From the human T2T-CHM13v2.0 reference genome, Homo sapiens, in the NCBI RefSeq assembly GCF_009914755.1, contig NC_060938.1: a DNA stretch of 64,000 nucleotides, one strand, 5' to 3'. Below the pieces are notes generated by a model. The model worked only from the letters and a program-made list of their open reading frames with translations. It searched no databases and was not told the DNA's origin. A program made the translations under genes and the position numbers. Of this stretch, positions 35,647 to 49,137 are shown piece after piece. The number at the start of each line of letters is the position of its first letter. The stretch's first letter is position 1.

Positions 35647-37004
35647 AGCAATGGGAGATTTTTTTTTATAAGAAATTGGCATTTCATGGAAATCGAAGCA
35701 AGAAGTGTAGTCTGGCTTCGTGAAGGAGAAATGAAGCCATCAGCGACCAGGATGTTTTCCTTCCTCTCTGTCTGGAGCCCCAGGTCTCACCATCTTGTAC
35801 CCTTTGTCTCTAACCTTCCTCTCCAACTTCAGGTTTTTCTTCTCGTCCTCTGAGCATATGGCCAAACAATGGTCACCCCAGTATGGCAGCCCCAACCCTA
35901 CATTTGTGTGGCCTCAAAGCTCACTCCATCTCCCCGGGGCCTAATTTCCCAGGAGAGAAGTAGAGTGGCCTGGCTTGGTGAGGAGCCCTCTGCTCTAAAC
36001 AGCTGTGGCTGGGAGGTGGTGTCACATGGTAGGGAAAGCTGTCCCTCGAGGCTGTCACTGAGACAGGCTCCCCAGGTAGGGTGTGCAAGAGGGGAGAGAG
36101 AAATAGCACGTTCACTACACCTTTGCCTCAAAACCAATTCTGGTTTAGGGTGGTGGTTGCCAGCCTTTTGATGTCCACAGAAGAGGATATTTGTTTAGTT
36201 GAGAAATTGGTATAAGATTGCCCAATTTTAATCTGCCCTCTCTCATCAGCATGTGATAAATAATTTAGAAAACAGGAAGACCTTAATATTAGAATCGTGA
36301 AAGTATTTTAAATTTGTTCATTAATCAAATTAATCAAATGTAATTAAATTAATCAGAGTATTCTTGGTTTTCCCATTTCACCCCTGACAGCTGAGACTTT
36401 GGTCACAGAGCTGAACGGGTCTGTGGGCTTACACCGGGACCCACAGCACTCGGAGTCCTCAGAAATCATTGTTAACAACAATAATACAACCCAGACAGCA
36501 GCAGAAAGAATCGACCCGTGTCTGGAGCCTGCTGAAGTTGGGGGGCAGGGAAGCGACATGATCTAGTCTGTGATTTAGAAAGATAGCCCTTCGGCCACGT
36601 GGAGGTCGAACTAACATTCGCAAATTAGAAATCTGTGTTGGCAAACACTTTTAATTAGAGCAAATGTTTGGCATATGCAGACACACTCAAAGTGACTGAT
36701 TTCTGAAAGTGCATCCCCATTCGGAAGCTAGAGCCAAGGTCCCACCTGCTCGGGGGTTTTCCCTGGAGCTTGAGAGGAACCTTTCACTCACCCACCTCCG
36801 AGTCTGAAGACACAGGCTGCCAGCGGTTGTGTTCATGACGTCAACTTTGACGGTTGATTCCTTTTTTGGAGAAAACCACTGGCTTTTGGAATAATTTTCG
36901 CCCTCTCTCCACAAGAGCCCTGCGATTCATATAAGTTCTGTTTATAAAACCCCTTCGGGGGCACAGGTCAAATTTAGCAAGTCTGGGATAGGGCAAGGCT
37001 TACT

Positions 37005-37110
37005 GGCCCAAAATGGCAGATGAGGAAAAAGGCTCAGACACCCTCAGGAGCCTGCCCAGGGCCACACGGCTCCTGAGAGATGGTGCAGGAATTGGACCAG
37101 AGTCTCTGCT
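37005..37110 (-). mobile_element. MIR SINE
   Basis: GCAGATGAGGAAAAAGGCTCAGA...TGCCCAGGGCCACACGGC. Confidence 0.7.
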
Positions 37111-37208
37111 GCCAAGTTCATCTCCCTATTACTATACACTCGCTACACATGCAGTTGGGAAGCTGTTCCTGATCTTGGCTCTGTTGTCTGTTACGTGTCC
37201 TAGCTGGG

Positions 37209-37659
37209 TGCTTAGTCTTCTAGGGTTGCCATAACAATACCAAAAGCTGGGTGGATTAAGACAACAGAAATGTATGGCCTTGTAGTTCTGGAGATGGGAA
37301 GCCTGAAATCCAAGTGTCAGCAGGGCTGTGCTCCATCGGAAGGCTCCAGGGCAGGATCCCTGTCTCCTCCCGGTTGCTGGTGGTTGCCTGCAATCCTTGG
37401 CATTCTTGCCTGTAGCTGCACCACTCCAGCCTCTGCCCCGTCTTCCCATGACCTTCTCCCTGTGCATCTATTTGTCTGTGTCCAAATCCTCTATTTTCCT
37501 CTTATGAAGACATTAGTCATTGGGTTTACTCACCCTGACTCATGTGACCAGATTTTAACTTAATTGCATCAGCAGAGATGCCATTTCCAAACAAAGTCAC
37601 AGGTACTAACAGTTAGGACTTGAGCATATCTTTTGGGGGGACACAGGTCCCCTATGACA
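37209..37659 (-). mobile_element. MaLR LTR (MLT1B/C-like)
   Basis: CTAGGGTTGCCATAACAATACC...AGTTCTGGAGA...CAAGTGTCAGCAGGGC...TTTTGGGGGGACACA; near-TSD CTGGG/CTGAG. Confidence 0.88.
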
Positions 37660-39189
37660 CTGAGACGCTGCCAGGGGGCCCCTGGTGGACCACACTCATA
37701 CCCAGAAGGTTCTGTGCCTGGTCAGTGTTCTCCCATCCGTGGGTTCTCCTCAATCCCCTGCTCAGGCCCATGAGATGCTTCCAGTAGGGGCTGTGCTCAT
37801 GAGTCCCTCTGCCAGGAGGGACATGAAGTCAGCTGCTGCCAGCCTGTGGACGGATTGTGCCGCTTTCGCATCTGTCTGAGATGCTGCAAGTGCGTGGCCT
37901 CAGTGAGTGGGTGGCAGTGCGAGCACATTGTGTGTTCCGGGGAGCCGGGCCACCTCCGGCTGGATGTGTCGCCTTCCTCAGGGCTCCTGGCAGCACCTGG
38001 TGCATTACTGGGTCAGGGTATCATTTTGACCTCAGGGTGGCTGAGGAAGCTATGTTTGGGGAAGTGGCATGGAGCTTAGACATTCGAGCTGGCCTGATTC
38101 TTTTTCCCCACCAGATGACAAGCGTCTCTAGGGCAGGGATGCCTGGCCATCTCCATTTCCCCTCCAGCAGTTTCAGGCTCATGGGAGCTGCCATGTTTCT
38201 GCAGCTTTAGTCCCACATTGCTGTGACCCTGTGAGGCTCCCCTGGGCAAGTCTTCACTCTCTGAGCACCATGCAGGGCTGCTGTGGGGTTCCATGAGATG
38301 ATGCATTTTAAAACCATGCACGACTTGAAATGCCCGCAGCTCTCATTATCTGGGAGATGCCTCAGGACAAAGTGGCAGGACCTGATTGAAGAATAGGGTT
38401 GAAGACAGCACCTCGATATGTCTGGCGGTGCAGGGATAGGTGGCCATGTAACCCCAGTGGGAGCCACTTATAGGAAAAGGTGGTAGATTTGGGCAAGGAG
38501 GTGGCCCCTCTGAAAACCTGTTGCAGTTTCAAGTGAATTTCTGAAGACGCGTCAAGTTTTAGATCTACTGAGTCTGCAGTGACCATGGCCAATGGGATGG
38601 GAAAATTTTCTCACTAGAGGAGACCAGAGAGAGGGAACACGGACTCTCCAGAGAGTTTCGTGAGGGTCCCTGCCAAGGACTAGTGGAAACCCAAGCAGTT
38701 GGGGACAGGGATAGTGGGAGAGGTGGGAGGCCACCTGGGATCTTGGAAAAGAGGAAGCTTCCTTTTTGCAGCATGGGAGGCAGCCTGGGAAAGTTAGGGT
38801 TGCAGGATGGGAATCCAGGGTTTCAGGAGGCAGGAACCTGGAGCAACCTGACTGGGCAGTGCTGTCAGCAGACCCAAGAATACTGACTGGCCTGTGAAGG
38901 AAAAGTTTGCTGCAAAGTGGAATCGAAAGTGACCAGGGGCCAACAGGGAAGGGGCCGCCCTCACTCCTTATGGCTCTAAGGGGTTGGGTCTGTTCTCAGG
39001 TTCTGCGTGTGTCCCTGATTCCTGAAGCTACCTGGATGCTCCCTGAGAGCAGGAGCTGCTTCTGAAAGACCATGGATCCCCCCCACCCCACTCCCCATCA
39101 AGCAGCCAGCAGAGTGCCAGGGGCATAGCAGGTGCTCATTTAACAAAAATAGACAAGACCCGTTGCCAGAGACAGCTTTTGCTCAAGTG

Positions 39190-39378
39190 CTGGAGTTCTC
39201 AACCCAGCTGTCTATGAGAATAACCTTCCCAGGAGCATTTGAAAAATGCTCATGCCCAGGCTCCTCACTTTGTATTAATGATGCAGTTGGTCTGAGCTGG
39301 AGCCTGGCACCAGGCATTTTCAAAGCTGCTCATGGACACTGCATTGTTAAGGTTCACCACCAGCTCCGAATTGTGGCT
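39190..39378. mobile_element. MER5A-like hAT DNA transposon
   Basis: GTTCTCAACCCAGCTG...GAGCATTTGAAAAATGCTCATGCCCAGGC...GGCATTTTCAAAGCT. Confidence 0.65.
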
Positions 39379-41099
39379 GCACTATGTGGGCACATGCCCG
39401 GTCTTTCTGGGCCTGTTCAGTCATTTGCAAATAGCCTTGCAGAAATGTACATGGTGGGTCCAGTGTGTGCCTGGCACCCAGAGCCACTCTGGCTAATGCT
39501 GATTCAAAGTCGCAAGACGATTTTGCCCTGTTTTGGTGGATAGCTCCCCTGTGGAGATGACTGCTCAGGGAAACTGGCAGATTTCCAGAAGAGGGAAGAG
39601 GAGCAGCCATTGCTGATTGGATCATCCAAGCTGGGTTAGCGTCTGGCTTCGAGCACTGGTTTAAGGTGAGCATTAAGGTCCCGTGGGATGTTGAGAGTGT
39701 TTGAGGAGAAAGAACACATCTCCTTGGTCTAGATCTCCTTTCAATGAAAAATGCCATTTTGTCAGAAATTCCCCTCTTTTGGGATCAGGCAGTGCATTTG
39801 ATGTTAACGAGCTCTCATTGAACACACGCTATGTGCTGCATTTGTGCAAGGGCTTGGGGACCCCCTAAATGAATTAGACAAATTAGACAGTCATGCCCTG
39901 TTGGAGCCCAGTGGCTTTTGGGTCCCCGTTCCCCAGGCACCTTAACCCAGGACAGCCACACTAGCAGGAGGAGGGCGGGGAGGGAGAGATTCACACGTGA
40001 GGATCAGGATTTGCGAACTTGCGGAAGAGTGTGGTTTGCGGGGCCCCTGGCAACAGTCCTGCTTGTCGAAACACTTTTTTCTTGGTGTAAACTGTTCCCA
40101 ATCGATTGAGAAAGAAGATTTGGAACCAGGCCCATGACCTTCTGCAGGTGCTGAGCTGTAGGTCTATAGATTGTTGGAATGTTACATAAAACAAAAAGCC
40201 CCTAAGGCCATGCCTGGAAGAGCAAGCTCTCCCACAGGTCAGCCTCCTTCTCTGCATATTGCACAGCTTCAAGAGATCTTAAAAGAAAGGACTCTTTTAA
40301 GCAAGGGTCAGATGGGATTGGGATGACGCACAGGGAAGGTGTAGATGCGGTTGCAGTGAAGGAGAGAGTGAGGACCCAGAGACCTCCTGTCCTCAGCCAC
40401 AGGTGGCTTCCTCTTGGAGTCCACAGCATGTGCATATTGGTGCAGGGCACTGCGGGATGGAGTGTTCATCCCAGCCACACGTTCCTGCTGGGCACCACCT
40501 CTCTCCTGACGATAGGTTGGAGCTGAGGGCACAGAAATGGCCAAGGCAGGGAGTCAAGCCAGACAGCCAGCATCTCCAGAGAATAGTGACAGATGTTGTC
40601 TGCCAGGTAAGTGCAGGAAGTGCAGAACCTGCCTTGAAGCTGGACGAGGGTCATACAAGGTGTCCCAGAGAGGGGACATCTGAGCTGCATCTTAAAGGAA
40701 GAGTAGCAGTTAGCTATGTGCAGAAGGGCAGTCCAGGCAGGAAGAACAGATGTGTCTAACCCAGGAGGAGAGCATGGGCCAGCGGGAAGGGCAGGAAGCT
40801 AGGACTGGGCAAGATAGAAAGATCTGCCTGCTGGTTTGATAGAGTGAGGGAAGTGTGGGGCCCTGTTTTAGCTCCGTAGCCAAAGACCTGAGTTCCAGCA
40901 AATCACACATGTGTGCATGTTGTTAGAGTGTGTGTGGTGCGTGTGTGTATGTGTGGGTGTGCATGCATAGGAGGAAAGGGAGCGGAGAGTTGTCAAATGA
41001 GGCAAGCCAAAACCCAGGCAGTGGGATGGTCATGTTAGCATCTGTTTTACAAGGGAGTTCCCGACGCATCCTCCAGGATCATGGTTCGCTCAGCCTCAC

Positions 41100-41565
41100 A
41101 TTGCTACAAAGTGGGAATTTTACCAATGATTTAAAGCCCTTCCAAGGGCTTCCAGGGTCTCTGATCTTCCTGGCATAGCTCTCTGGCATCTTCCTCACCC
41201 CCAGCACCCTATGCACCAGACCTTGGGAAGGTGTTTCCGGCCCATTTTTTTCTTGCTTTGAACCACAGCACGTGCTGTTGCCCCCACTGGAACACTCTCC
41301 CGCTTCTCTTCCTCCTTCAGATCTCAGCCCGCTGTCGCCTTCTCTCTGACCCTGGTCCCTTCCACTGCAGGCTGTTGCTCCGGTGTCTCTGGGCTGCTCC
41401 ACCACGTGGTGCCTGCCCATCATGGCATCCACCACCAGGTGGCCTTTTTCTTGGTAAGTTCCTTACAAAGCAACATGCTTTGTGCACCTCTCAAATCTTC
41501 AACACCTAGCGTGGTACCTGGCCCCAGGTGGGCACTTGGTCGCATATTTGTTAAATTATTGAATC
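41100..41565 (+). mobile_element. L2 LINE 3' region
   Basis: TTTAAAGCCCTTCCAAGGGCTTCC...CACCTAGCGTGGTACCTGGCCCCAGGTGGGCACTTGG...ATATTTGTTAAAT. Confidence 0.65.
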
Positions 41566-42799
41566 CTTGAGAAAGCCCAAGCTCAGCAAGGTTAAAAAAA
41601 CGTTTCTGCCAGTGAGTAATAGAGTGGATATTCAAACCGGCCTTCTCGCTGGCCCCACTCCTGTGCACCTCTCACTGCACCTACCCACCTGCTGCCTTTC
41701 CTACCGATCTCAACGATTATGCAGTGAGCTGTGGAAGAAATGGGGCTCAGAGTCCGGTCTTCTAGAAGGTGGGCACTGGAGTGAGCCAGGCAGGGTGTCA
41801 GGGTGTCAGTGTTCAAGCTCAATGGGGAAACTGAGGTAGAACCCCAGAAATAGAGATTGGGCTGTTCCAGCTAAGTAGCGGCAGTGCACAGGCATGACCC
41901 TGTACCCACTGGAGACTTCATTTGTGGCATCAAGGCTCACTGCAGCCCCACCTCCTGGGACAAAGCACCTCCTGCCCTGTTTTGTGTGGAATAAAGCTGG
42001 GACTTCCATGAAGGGACTGGGCTGGGTGAGGGGCAAGCCAGAAGCTGCACCACACCCTCTGGAACTCTAGAGGCCATTCCAAGCCTCACTTGTTTTTCTT
42101 TTCGCAAAAGTGGAAGCAGAAAGCCTCTGCTCTGTTTGCCTTACTCTGCAAATAAAAATGGAATCAGGAGAGTAGTAGTTTGAATCCCACTTGCAAGCAG
42201 TTTGTAAGAAGTGCCCAGGTGCCCCAAAAGGTGGAAACATTTATTTTCCATTTGTAAAAAATAACACTTTGTTATGTTGATATCATGCGGCAGCAGAGTA
42301 CTCTGCAGTTTGCAGCTTGGGAATGCAAAGGGCAGGGTCTCCTTGCAGGCCTGGCTCTGGGAAGCCTCCTCACCACAGCCCTCCATATTTTCCATGACAC
42401 TCTCCAGCTCCCAGAGCGTGCTGCCTTGCCTGCTTAGCAGGCTCTAAAATCGTACTTTACAGTTTATGCCATGATTCGGGCTTGCGTTGGAATTTGTTCC
42501 TTCAAATAGCTCTGGCATATGTTTTTATTTCACAGTAAAACCGTTTTTAAAAGTTAACACATGCACATTGTCACAAATCAAATTGTATAGGCAAGTATAT
42601 CATAAAAGCCCTGATACATCCTGAATGCTTGCTTTGTGCCAGGCACTGTTCTGGGGATGTTTTTCCTATAAACTCATTTAATCCTCGTCAGAACTTTGTC
42701 CCCACTTTGTGTGATCCAGGATTTGCATCCAGACAGTGCATTGATCGTCTTTGAGCCCCAGTCATGGACTTCCTGATGTGGAAGAGGAATCCACTGCCG

Positions 42800-44400
42800 T
42801 ACTAGTGGCTCTTTCTCCTCCTCTCAGTTTCATCTGTGCTTGTTAAAGTGCTTCTCTCTGTTACTTTTCAATCTTTAGATACATTTTTCTCCAGCACCCT
42901 TGCACAGTGTGTCTGTCTCCTTATTTCATAAGGTGAGGTTGTTAATCCATATTGTTCCTTTTGTCTTTCCTCTCAAGCTTCGGTGCCACCCACCTGCTAC
43001 TTTCAGGCTGACATTCCTTCAAGGTTGCTGAAGCTTGCATCCCATCCTGAATGCTCTAGCGTATGCATTGTCCATAGTTTGACTCTGAATGTTGAGAACA
43101 GTAGGTGACATTGCTATAATTATTGCTGCATCAGAAGTGGCTAATGCTGGGTTAACTCATGCACTGGGATGACCTTTTCTTCTCTGGAGATCAATGCCAG
43201 AACCCCTAGACCACTCAAAGCAGAATGGCCTGGAACAGACTTGAGTGGGTTCTCCCGCCTACACAATGTCATTTGCTTGGAAGCATGCCATATTGTAGTT
43301 TGCTTCATCTTTGGATCATCACTTTATTGCACAGGATATTTTTTCTGGGATTTCTGGTTGCCTTTCTTTTTTTCTTCTTGCTTTCTATGCCTTTTTCATA
43401 CTCTCCCTTTTTTCATACCGCCTGTTCCATTGAGCCTTTCCCCATTGTTTTTCTGTTTTGTTTTGTTTCTTCTGGAGAGCTAACCCCTCTCAGGATGCTC
43501 TCCCCTCCTCTACCCAGGGTACTGCATCCTCTCCAGGGCTGCTGCCCCCAGGTCATCTTGGGCTCACCGTCATTGCTTTCCTGGGTTGGAGGCTCTGTTT
43601 GCTTAAGTTACCTCCTAAGAAAAGGTACATGGAAAGTAAAGTGTCTGAAAATGTCTGTATTTTATGCTCACACTGAAGGTCGATTTCCAGGTTCTAGATC
43701 ATTTGCCTTCAGAATTTTGAAGACTTTAGAGTTTTCCTTGTTGCTGATGAGAAGTCCGATGCCTGGTTCTTTGTAGATTATTTATTCTCTATTTGTCTTG
43801 TCCAGAAGATTATAAGAATTCTTCTTCATTCATGGGGTTCATGTATTACATGAGGATAGTCTCCAGGGTGGGTCTTCATTTATTCATTGTTCTGGATGCC
43901 CAGTGGCCCCCTTTCATCTGAAAGCCCACGTCCTTCAGCTCTGGGAGATTCTAATGGAACTGATTGTTTTAAAACCTTCATTTGTTTTCCATTCTCCATA
44001 TCTGAGCCTCTTACTTGTCAGCTCTAAAATCTTCCAGAAAGGGATTATATTCTTCTACATTTTTCTCATTTCTTTGCCTTTTTGCTCTTTATTCGAGATT
44101 TTGTTGACTTCATTTTCTGGTTTGTCATTTTGCTTTTTTTTAACTTTTAAAAAACATGTTGGCACTAACATTTTTAACCTCTGAGAGCTTTTTCTTGTCT
44201 CTGATCATTTCTTTTCCTGGAATCTATTTTCGTTTTATAGCTACTAGTATACTGAGTGCTGGAATAGTAATTAGAGCATTTTGTTTGTTTGTTTGCTTTA
44301 GTCCATGAATTATTTCTGTCTCCTCTAAGGTCAGTTTTTGATTGTTTTGACTCTGCTCTTCCTGCTGCTCACTTTCTCCTGTGCCTTTTCGTTTCGAGTT
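42800..44400 (-). mobile_element. Ancient L1 (L1M/L1ME-type) fragment
   Basis: T-rich reverse L1 text, e.g. TTGCTGATGAGAAGTCCGATGCC and CCTTCAGCTCTGGGAGATT. Confidence 0.7.
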
Positions 44401-45017
44401 GAAAAAAGTCTAGCAGCTGTTGTGAGATTGTTCTTTGGCCAATGAGTAAACAGGCTGAGAAAGACTGGGTAACTGACCAGGATCACCCAGGTAGAAATGA
44501 CTAGCTGGTAACCAAACCCCAGCCTTCTGATTTCTACTCAGCTTCCCTTCCCCCCAAAACTTGATTGATTTCAAGTAGATTTTAGGCCAAGACTTGTCCC
44601 ACTTTGCTGATTGCATGGAGGCTGGCATCTCTTGGTAACTGGGGCTGTGGGAGAAGCTGACTTTCCCATTTCCCACCACTGGTCTGTGCCTCCTCTGTGG
44701 TATGCTGGAGGACCCAGGAGTTCTGTGGTTGTCAGGAGACCATGCAGCCACATCTGGGATGGTTGGTGGCTTCTCATTGGCCTGATGTCCTTTGTCGAAG
44801 GTGAGGCCCCAGAATCCACTCCCAGGTATCCCACAGCCCCCCACAAAAAGCTCAGACTTCTCCCTCTCAGAACAGGAGACCCTCAGCTCTGAGATGGGGA
44901 CCACAGTGGAGCAGCACCCACTAGAAGGATTCCTGGGTCCCCGAGGCTTGGTTAGAAGTAAATCTTCACCTGCATGCAGAATAATTCAAGGGGGTGTTTG
45001 ACTGCAGGCAGGCTGCC

Positions 45018-45385
45018 TGTCTTCATCCATTTGGGCTGCTATAACAAAATAGCATAAATTGAGTGGCTTCTAAACTACACACATTTATTTCTCACAGTTC
45101 TGGAAGCTGGGGATTCCAAGATCAAGTTGCCAGTAGATTGAGTGCCTGGAGAGGGCCCACTCGGTGGTTTGCAGATGACCGTCTTCATGCTGCCTCCTCA
45201 CCTAGTGGAGGGAGGGGTGGAGAGCTGTCTTCTGGGGTCCCTTTTATAAGGACACTAATTCTATTCATGAGGGCTCCACCCTCATTACCTAATCTCCTTC
45301 CAAAGGCCCTGCTTCCTAATACTAGCAACTTGAGGGTGAAGATTTCAACATATGAATTTTGGGGGGACATATTTAGATCATAGCA
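45018..45385 (-). mobile_element. MaLR LTR (MLT1A-like)
   Basis: CCATTTGGGCTGCTATAACAAAAT...TTTATTTCTCACAGTTCTGGAAGCTG...ATGAATTTTGGGGGGACA...CATAGCA; about 370 bp. Confidence 0.9.
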
Positions 45386-45614
45386 GTGCAAAATTAGGAA
45401 AATGTGGAAGAAACCATTAAACCATAGATATTTTAACTCATGTCACCCTCATCTTCTGCTCCTGGAACTTTCTCCTATAGAATATTCTGACTTGCAGAGA
45501 GAAACAGTGAAATCATTCAAAGGAATTTCTCGGTCCTCCAGCTTTGGGATGCTCCTTAAATCACATGGAATCTGAGACTGAGCCATTTATTGGGAGCTTT
45601 TCTTTATTCCTTTT

Positions 45615-45925
45615 TTTCCCCCATTTATTCAGCAGATGTATATGAAATCTTCCTGTAAACATAAAACGATGCTTAAATACAAGAGGTGAGAAGGGTGCAG
45701 AGGCAATTAAGATGTGGCGTCTGCCCTCAAGGGCCCTGCAACTCAGAGGGAGAGACAAACATGTAAACAGGTGCACTGTGAGGCGAAGGGAAGGCTGCGC
45801 TGCTGGGAGGTACAGTTAGTGGGCTGCATGATTGCGGGGAAAGGAGCGATGAATTGTGCTCGGGGGAACTGAGGCAGACTGGAGCAGAGACGGCACCAGG
45901 GCTGGGCTGGACAGGAAGTTGAGTG
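45615..45925 (-). mobile_element. L2 LINE 3' end
   Basis: CCATTTATTCAGCAGATG...CTGCCCTCAAGGGCCCTGCAACTCAGAGGGAGAGACA. Confidence 0.6.
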
Positions 45926-47029
45926 TTATTAGATGGAACCAGTAAAGCAAGGCATGGCTTGAGCAAGAGCCAGGAGTCAGAGGCTCACAAGTGCCAGGCC
46001 CATCCCAGGGCTGCTGGCCCCAGTTGGTGGGAGTCCAGGGTAGCAAAGGACTTGGCCATGCGAAGGTTTGGGTTTCTTGTCTGGTGAGGGCACAGTGCCT
46101 CCTTCTTAGGTCTGTGCTGGGGAGTAAATGAGCCAGCCAGGGCAGGAGGTGGGCTCCATGCTGGTTGCATAGTAAGCCTTAATCCAGGTTAGCTGTCATT
46201 GCTTATGACAAGGTGGCCAACAGTTCTACATAGCCTTGGAGCGCATACTAGTTTGGAGAGCAAGTGGTGCCGGGTTTCAAAGAACTGTGGGCATTAAAAA
46301 CAGTTCATGACAAAAGGGGAGAAGCAGATGCCCTTAGAAGGGATGCAGCCACCTTCTCCACATCGCCATTTTGTGGACAGGCAAACAGGCTCGTAAAGGA
46401 CAGATGTAGCTCATTTATGTGCGGTGAGACAGGACTGAAGCCATGTGGTTTATAGGTGCCTTTTGCTTCTTTTTTTGTTTAGTTGGCTAGTTATTTTTGT
46501 GCCCTTTACCTATTTTTAGGAGCGTATTTTTCCCTGCTTTTTAGTTTCAGTACTCATATATAGGTTTCTCTCTTTTCTTTTCTAGCATCATGTTTGAGAT
46601 GGGTAAGAGACAGTCCAGGCAACAGCTTCAGAAGGTGTGTGTTTAACGGACAAGCAAGCAAGTGCTGTTGTCTGGCTCGGTGTAAGAGCTTTCTGACCGG
46701 CAGAGCTGACAGGAGCCATTGCTTATGGACTGCTTTGGGAGGTGATTCATGCAGCCCCGGAAATGCTCGAGCAGAAATCTGGGCAACCATCTGGTGAAAC
46801 TAGTAGAGAAGGGAATGAGGATTCAATGAGTGGTCAGACTGGAAAAGCCCGAACATTCTCTTCCTCCCCAGAGAGTTGGGGGCCAGGGATTCTGTTCATG
46901 TATTCAGACCCTCCTTCTGTAAGCATTTTGTGAGCCTCTCCTGGGTGCCAGGCCCCATATAGATGCCAGGAATAAGGAAGTTAAGGGACAGAGGCAGGAG
47001 ATGTAAATTTTGCTAATGTGGGGCACAGG

Positions 47030-47510
47030 AGTTAATCTTGTGGATTTGGGCTCAGGACAGCCCCAAGGGTTGACAGCCCTGGCGCCTAGCAGGGCCATCG
47101 TGGACAAATTACTTAACCCCAGGAACCACAACTTCCTTTTCTGGAAAATGGGCAGATACTCATTCATTGAGCCTCTGCCATATGGCATTGTTCTTGGCAC
47201 AGGGGCTGCAATGAAGGACACGATTGCTGTCAAGTGGCTTCTCTTCAAAGTAGGGAGGAGAAATGAAAAAATAACATACTTTGGAGTAGGGAATCCTACT
47301 TTCTTCAGTACTTTGATGAAAATGAAGTGTAGGGTACATAGCTGGAGAGTGATGGGAATAGGGGACCTTTATAGACAGGGTATCCTGGAAGACTTTTGCT
47401 GCAGGGACACGGTATCTGAGCAATCTGAATGCTGTGATGGAGCCAGCCAGTGCAAACGTTTGGGCAAAGTGTGTTCCAGTAGAGGAGACAGCCAGTGTAA
47501 AGGCCCTGGG
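47030..47510. mobile_element. MIR (+) followed by L2 (-)
   Basis: GGACAAATTACTTAACC...CTTTTCTGGAAAATGGG, then CATTCATTGAGCCTCTGCC...TGTAAAGGCCCTGGGG. Confidence 0.65.
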
Positions 47511-47543
47511 GTAGTAATTTCAAAAAAGATCAAGGATGTTCAC

Positions 47544-47619
47544 ATCCTTTAGTTGTGATGGGATTGACAGAGATTGTGTAAAGATCACAATCCTTTAGTT
47601 GTGATGGGATTGACAGAGA
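47544..47619. repeat. 30-bp direct repeat
   Basis: ATCCTTTAGTTGTGATGGGATTGACAGAGA at 47544-47573 and 47590-47619. Confidence 0.95.
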
Positions 47620-48544
47620 GGGGAGAGTAGCGGGAATTTAGATAGCTAGGCAGCAGTAGTATCAAGTGTATTTTTCCAGTGTAGCACCTTATAGCAAAGT
47701 CATTTTTTTTCAAGTTTTTTTTTAACCCCTGTTAGTCTGGACAAGTATTGGATCAAAATTGTAAGCTTGACTTCTCCCTGCATGTCAGCCGCAGTTTCTT
47801 CAAAAAGTTATCATTCAGAAGGATGCTATTTCCAGGCTGGACGCAAACACAGTTGGAGGGATCCATATGCAGAGATGAGAATTTTTGTATCTCAGAAGAT
47901 GGTAAAACCCACCCAGCTGTCTAGTCATGTTGGAAAAAAATCACATTAAAATGCAAATGCTCCTGAGTAAGTGAAATGTTGATGGGTGCAGCCCGCCAAA
48001 GAAAAATATTCATGAAATACAGGCTGTTGATCCACAGCTAGCATGGCCAAGCCATTTGCTCAGCAAGACCTGAGTGCTAGGAAATCGCACTTACGGGAGC
48101 TGTTCTGTGCCCTTAGCAAACGCTGATCTCCCCAGGGGCATTTGGAAATGGGGACGCTCAAGTGCTGGGTAATCATGGGGATGGGGTGGGGGAGCCTGCT
48201 TGGTAAAAGGACACTCTGGCCACATTGCTTTCATCGTCTATTTGAACCTCTCAGCATGGACCTTGGGGACAAAGACTAGAGACGGTGTCACCTCCACCTT
48301 CCCAAGAGGAAGGGGTCTGCATTTCCCTGCATCGTTTCAACTTGTATTTCTGAGCCTATCAGGGACTCTAAGCTGGATTTCCTTAAAAAGCATTCTCCTT
48401 TCATGGGTGGGTCTTTGAAAAAGCATTGAGAACATAGATTTTCTCAGTAAATATCTGGTATTTGCAACTTTGAGCCATAAAATGTAGGAGTGGAGAGAGA
48501 GAAAAAAATGTGTACCAGACATCATGATTGTTTCCCATTGAATC

Positions 48545-48960
48545 CATACAACAGTAATCAGGTGGGCATTGTTACTCCATTTTGTAGACAGGAAAGCTGA
48601 GGCTCAGAAACAATAGAGTGGGGCCATTTAGAGCATGGCCTTGGCGAACATGAGAGAATCCCAGCTCTCTCACACCCTGAGGAAAGGGGAGATGTTTCTC
48701 CCGCTCGCTGATTCCACTTTGCCCATTTATAAAATGTGATGATAGTGTCTTCCTCTCTTCTGTTGTTGCAAGCATTACAATTATTGATGGACATAAAGTG
48801 CTTAGAACATTACTTGGCCCCTGGGAAGCAGTCAGCAATGCTAGGGGCTCTGCTGACTGCTTTAAATGTGACCACAGTCACTCAGCAAGCAGAAAGAGAT
48901 GATGACATCAGCACGATTGTCCCTGTGCAGAAAGACCAAGCTCAAAGCCCAGAGACCCCT
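48545..48960. mobile_element. Cluster of MIR fragments in alternating orientation
   Basis: CCATTTTGTAGACAGGAAAGCTGAGGCTCAGA (-); CCATTTATAAAATGTGATGATAG...AAAGTGCTTAGAACA (+); GCAGAAAGACCAAGCTCAAAGCCCAGAG (-). Confidence 0.65.
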
Positions 48961-49137
48961 TGAGATCACCAGCGACAAACATTCCACACAGATCACAAAT
49001 GAGCATTGTTCTGCTCGCAGAGTTCTTGCTCAGTTACCTGTGGAATTATTCTCCCCACTTTACAGATGAAAAAAATTGACATTCATAAAAAGCCCTCTTT
49101 TCCTTAAGGATTGCAAACAAAAGCCTCTTTCAGCCAG

